From an uncultured bacterium (GTDB taxonomy: Bacteria > Patescibacteriota > Minisyncoccia > Phycocordibacterales > Phycocordibacteraceae): DNA of 64,000 nt. The position numbers and the translations under genes are program-made. The notes under the pieces are model-generated. The model ran no database searches. It saw only the letters and a program-made list of their open reading frames with translations, and was not told the origin of the DNA. Positions 62,058 to 64,000 of the stretch are shown in pieces; the stretch's first letter is position 1; the number at the start of each line of letters is the position of its first letter. The stretch lies in assembly GCA_947085505.1 (NCBI GenBank), contig CAMTWI010000004.1, forward strand, positions 1,800 through 65,799, in the 5' to 3' direction.

Positions 62058-62318
62058 AAAATCCCCCAGAGCTACTTGCGCGCGGCTCATGGGGGAGTTG
62101 TTGGCTCTATAAAGAGTTTTTGTTCGCTGCTTCTGACACACATGCCTGCATGTCTGAGGGGCGGGGTATGATTTACTTTTATCTCCAGCTGTACCACATA
62201 GGCTGGCTAGTGGACTTGCTCTCCCTTTTTTGGAAGAGATATCCTGCGGTCCATCCCTGACCGTGTTCTTTTATCTGAGATTAACATACTTTAATTAATC
62301 TATACTGTCAATAGCATA
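62058..62318 (+). pseudogene. Non-coding module resembling a skeletonised 23S rRNA domain I segment
   Basis: No credible ORF. Colinear short blocks match recalled E. coli 23S: UCCCCCAG.AGC..GGGGAG; ACACA..AUGC..CAUG.CUG.G; GAG.GGGCGGG; AUAUCCUG; GGUCCAUCC; CUGACCGUG. Confidence 0.35.
62283..62311 (-). promoter_or_regulatory. Sigma70-like promoter pointing leftward (antisense to the module, toward the MazG-like gene)
   Basis: Minus strand: TATTGACA-N17-TATGTT. Confidence 0.4.
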
Positions 62319-62347
62319 GTTCCAACATCGTCCCAGACTGCCAGCAA
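62319..62347 (+). repeat. 29-nt pseudo-tRNA-Gln-3'-end repeat, copy 2
   Basis: GTTCCAACATCGTCCCAGACTGCCAGCAA. TGCTATACT (extended -10) begins 32 nt from the repeat start. ATG of the next gene is at 62376. Confidence 0.8.
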
Positions 62348-62375
62348 TACTGCTATACTCTTTTTGTAAACACAT

Positions 62376-62798
62376 ATGAAATGGTTCGAGACAAAGGAGA
62401 TAAGAAAAGTAGAGACTTTGTCCGAGAGGCAAGCAGCTTTTCTTCGTGAGCCTTCCATAGCTATCTTTGGTCCGTTCAACGTACTATTTAGGGGACATTT
62501 TGATTTCCTATTAACCGGTTTAGCGATTTACATTGCTCTTGGGTTTGTGCTTACGTCTCTTTTTTCTGTACCGATCGAGAGCCCGCTACTGCTGTTAGCT
62601 TCCTACGTGCCTTATGTAGTATTGGCGTACTTTGGAGTTAGACATGGTCGCAGGCTGTCCTGGAACCGCAGAGAGTGGAAGGACTTTAAGGAATTCCAGG
62701 AATCCGAGGGTGTGTGGGTGTTCTGGGGGTGGATAGGCTTAGGAGCACTGCTGCTATGGCTTGCTGTCGATACGTATACTTATATCCAGACGCTCTAG
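62376..62798 (+). CDS. Hypothetical multi-pass membrane protein
   Basis: 140 aa. Three predicted TM helices (LLTGLAIYIALGFVLTSLF, LLLLASYVPYVVLAYFGV, VFWGWIGLGALLLWLAV). Confidence 0.5.
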   Translation: MKWFETKEIRKVETLSERQAAFLREPSIAIFGPFNVLFRGHFDFLLTGLAIYIALGFVLTSLFSVPIESPLLLLASYVPYVVLAYFGVRHGRRLSWNRREWKDFKEFQESEGVWVFWGWIGLGALLLWLAVDTYTYIQTL

Positions 62799-62840
62799 GG
62801 ATATTTTAAGGCTACAAGTGCCAAGGTTCGTGTATTCTTA

Positions 62841-62868
62841 TTGACTTTTTCTAGAAACAGAGTATTGT
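62841..62868 (+). promoter_or_regulatory. Sigma70-like promoter of the high-GC lipoprotein gene
   Basis: TATTGACT-N16-TATTGT, then SD AAAGGAG 8 nt before ATG 62911. Confidence 0.5.
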
Positions 62869-62910
62869 ATCCAACAACTGACACACCGTCAGAAGCAAAG
62901 GAGTTCCTTG

Positions 62911-63360
62911 ATGCGTGCATTACTCGTTACGATTCTTGTGTTGAGCGCGTGCGCCATCCACGGCCCCACAAACGCACAAACGCTTTCGGCAACCCCGATC
63001 GAGCCCCGCGGCCAATCGCACTACCAACAGCACGAGTGCCGCGTGAGCCACGGCTATGCCGTGTGCTACGGCATCAGATATCGGATTATCGAGCGAAGAC
63101 CGGACGGACTCGTCCTTCAGCGGGACCGTTCGCCCGGATACGAGTCAGCCTTTCGACCCAGTCGACCCTACGAGCCGCCTCGTTATGATCCCCAGCATCG
63201 CGCTTTCGGGTCGGACCTCTGCAACGGCAGGCCCTGCCGGGGTCCAGACAGGAGCCCGAACTTCCAGGAGCGGCGCTTCTCCTCCGAAAGGGTCCGAGAA
63301 TGTGGCCGCCTCTCTTCGGAAGAGCTGATGCGGCGACAGAGACGCAACGATTGTCCCTAA
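62911..63360 (+). CDS. Putative secreted lipoprotein, Arg/Pro-rich (high-GC ORFan)
   Basis: ATG at 62911 (the track starts at TTG 62908). Signal peptide with lipobox-like LVLSAC. GC-rich. Followed by a strong terminator. Confidence 0.55.
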   Translation: MRALLVTILVLSACAIHGPTNAQTLSATPIEPRGQSHYQQHECRVSHGYAVCYGIRYRIIERRPDGLVLQRDRSPGYESAFRPSRPYEPPRYDPQHRAFGSDLCNGRPCRGPDRSPNFQERRFSSERVRECGRLSSEELMRRQRRNDCP

Positions 63361-63380
63361 GAGGACAAAACGAAAAGAAG

Positions 63381-63411
63381 GGCGGTCCGGGTTACCTGGA
63401 CCGCCTTTTTT
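63381..63411 (+). terminator. Intrinsic terminator after the lipoprotein gene
   Basis: GGCGGTCC-GGGTTACCT-GGACCGCC followed by TTTTTT. Confidence 0.8.
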
Positions 63412-63454
63412 CCTACGCTATCTAAAAGCTACACTTTGCTTCAATTCGCAAAAG

Positions 63455-63483
63455 GTTCCAACATCGTCCCATACACCCAGCAA
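63455..63483 (+). repeat. 29-nt pseudo-tRNA-Gln-3'-end repeat, copy 3 (variant)
   Basis: GTTCCAACATCGTCCCATACACCCAGCAA, preceded by GCAAAAG. TAAAAT hexamer lies 34 nt from the repeat start. Confidence 0.8.
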
Positions 63484-63495
63484 TGTTCTAAAATC

Positions 63496-63850
63496 TAGCT
63501 CGCACAGCAGAGCAGATTGATACTTTAGAACTATGCATCTGAAAGGCTAGACAAAAAGAAGGTCAGTGCTACGCTACTTATGGATCGGAAATGTCTCCCA
63601 CAGAGAGTACAGGCTCGCTTGGAGGCAGAAAGGGACGAACCCTAACCGACAGCTAAGGTCCTTAAGTTGGTGCTAATAGTGTTTTTCAGAAGCCCCATGC
63701 GGGCCCATGGATGAACGCAAAAACCGAGGGGTTAAGCACACCACCGAAGCTTCGGAGACAAGACCAATCCTGTTAATGGTCAACAAACTGTCTGGTACGA
63801 TCCAACCGAAAAAGCCCGTCGCAGCAATGCGGCGGGCTACTTCTTTATAT
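63496..63850 (+). ncRNA. ~345-nt 23S rRNA domain II-like RNA (mimic or decayed fragment) with its own terminator
   Basis: No ORF. GAAAGGGACGAACCCUAACCGACAGCUAAGGUCC and GGGGUUAAGCACACCACCGAAGCUUCGG match the recalled E. coli 23S H41-region strands. The segment corresponding to H43-H44 is missing. Ends in GCCCGTCGC-AGCAAT-GCGGCGGGC + TACTTCTTT. Confidence 0.5.
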
Positions 63851-63858
63851 ACAAAAAA

Positions 63859-63887
63859 GTTCCAACATCGTCCCAGACAGCCAGCAA
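63859..63887 (+). repeat. 29-nt pseudo-tRNA-Gln-3'-end repeat, copy 4
   Basis: GTTCCAACATCGTCCCAGACAGCCAGCAA, preceded by ACAAAAAA. TAGCAC hexamer lies 34 nt from the repeat start. Confidence 0.8.
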
Positions 63888-63924
63888 ACTCGTAGCACGT
63901 CTCCGCGTTCGCGCGGTTGGATAT

Positions 63925-63952
63925 TTGTCATTCACATTTTCTATGATATAAT
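63925..63952 (+). promoter_or_regulatory. Sigma70-like promoter of the gene starting at 63979
   Basis: TTGTCA-N16-TATAAT. Confidence 0.55.
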
Positions 63953-63978
63953 CATTCCACTATCCCTAGATCCCTTTC

Positions 63979-64000
63979 ATGAACGATTTTAAGAAAAGCA
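63979..64000 (+). CDS. 5' end of an unidentified gene (MNDFKKS..), truncated by the window
   Basis: ATG 27 nt downstream of a TATAAT box. Only 7 codons are visible. Confidence 0.35.

Noticed and set aside
62824-62845. AAGGTTCGTGTATTCTTATTG (and AATGGTTCGTCC at ~14128) as further degenerate copies of the 29-nt repeat.
   Set aside because: Only AAGGTTC and a terminal ATTG match, the middle is unrelated, and this is too weak to call without statistics.
62018-63887. The four 29-nt repeats as a CRISPR array or as integron attC sites.
   Set aside because: The spacings are 302, 1136 and 404 bp, and the 'spacers' contain whole genes with promoters and terminators, so this is not CRISPR. The repeat lacks the RYYYAAC...GTTRRRY inverted-core structure of attC sites, and no intI-like gene is visible.
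1-64000. Alternative genetic code (UGA recoding, as in some CPR lineages).
   Set aside because: All long conserved genes (gyrA, clpB, topA, ftsZ, serS, rel) are uninterrupted under the standard code and end at normal stops, including TGA.

Overview
This is a 64-kb chromosomal window of roughly 50% GC. By eye, the gene content and protein styles resemble a small-genome Candidate Phyla Radiation / Patescibacteria (Parcubacteria-like) bacterium using the standard genetic code; this is an inference, since no database search was possible.

Core genes, called from motifs in the supplied translations:
- Cell division and DNA: ftsA, ftsZ, an ftsQ-like gene, gyrA, topA, parB, dnaX, dprA.
- Translation and RNA: rpsA, rpsU, rpmG, infB, rbfA, serS, pth, ybeY, miaA, dus.
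- Other housekeeping: clpB, relA/spoT, trxB, lepB, alr, a cysteine desulfurase, a peroxiredoxin.
- Nine tRNAs: Glu, Ser, Leu x3, Lys, Cys, Trp, Gln.

Envelope features:
- A sortase with an FPNTG-type substrate.
- Five tandem small TrbC/VirB2-like membrane proteins.
- Two proteins that fuse the same pilin-like module to peptidoglycan-hydrolase-like domains.

Accessory DNA:
- A ~6.8-kb integrated element abuts tRNA-Trp. It carries a large serine recombinase, an HUH Rep, an XRE regulator, an SRA-HNH nuclease and a membrane Mrr-like nuclease.
- An HNH endonuclease gene fills the tRNA-Cys/tRNA-Leu spacer.
- Several high-GC single-gene cassettes each have their own TTGACA-type promoter and a strong terminator.

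Most unusual observation: the accessory DNA downstream of tRNA-Gln, tRNA-Glu and tRNA-Trp is bounded by degenerate, stretched copies of the neighbouring tRNA 3' end. These copies share a common T-loop-like half across the three loci. At tRNA-Gln, four such copies cut the DNA into 0.3-1.1 kb modules. Two of those modules are non-coding and look like skeletonised 23S rRNA (domain I-like and domain II-like); the second has its own terminator.

Limits: all family assignments come from visible motifs and recall, not from HMM or BLAST. Start codons and RNA ends are approximate.
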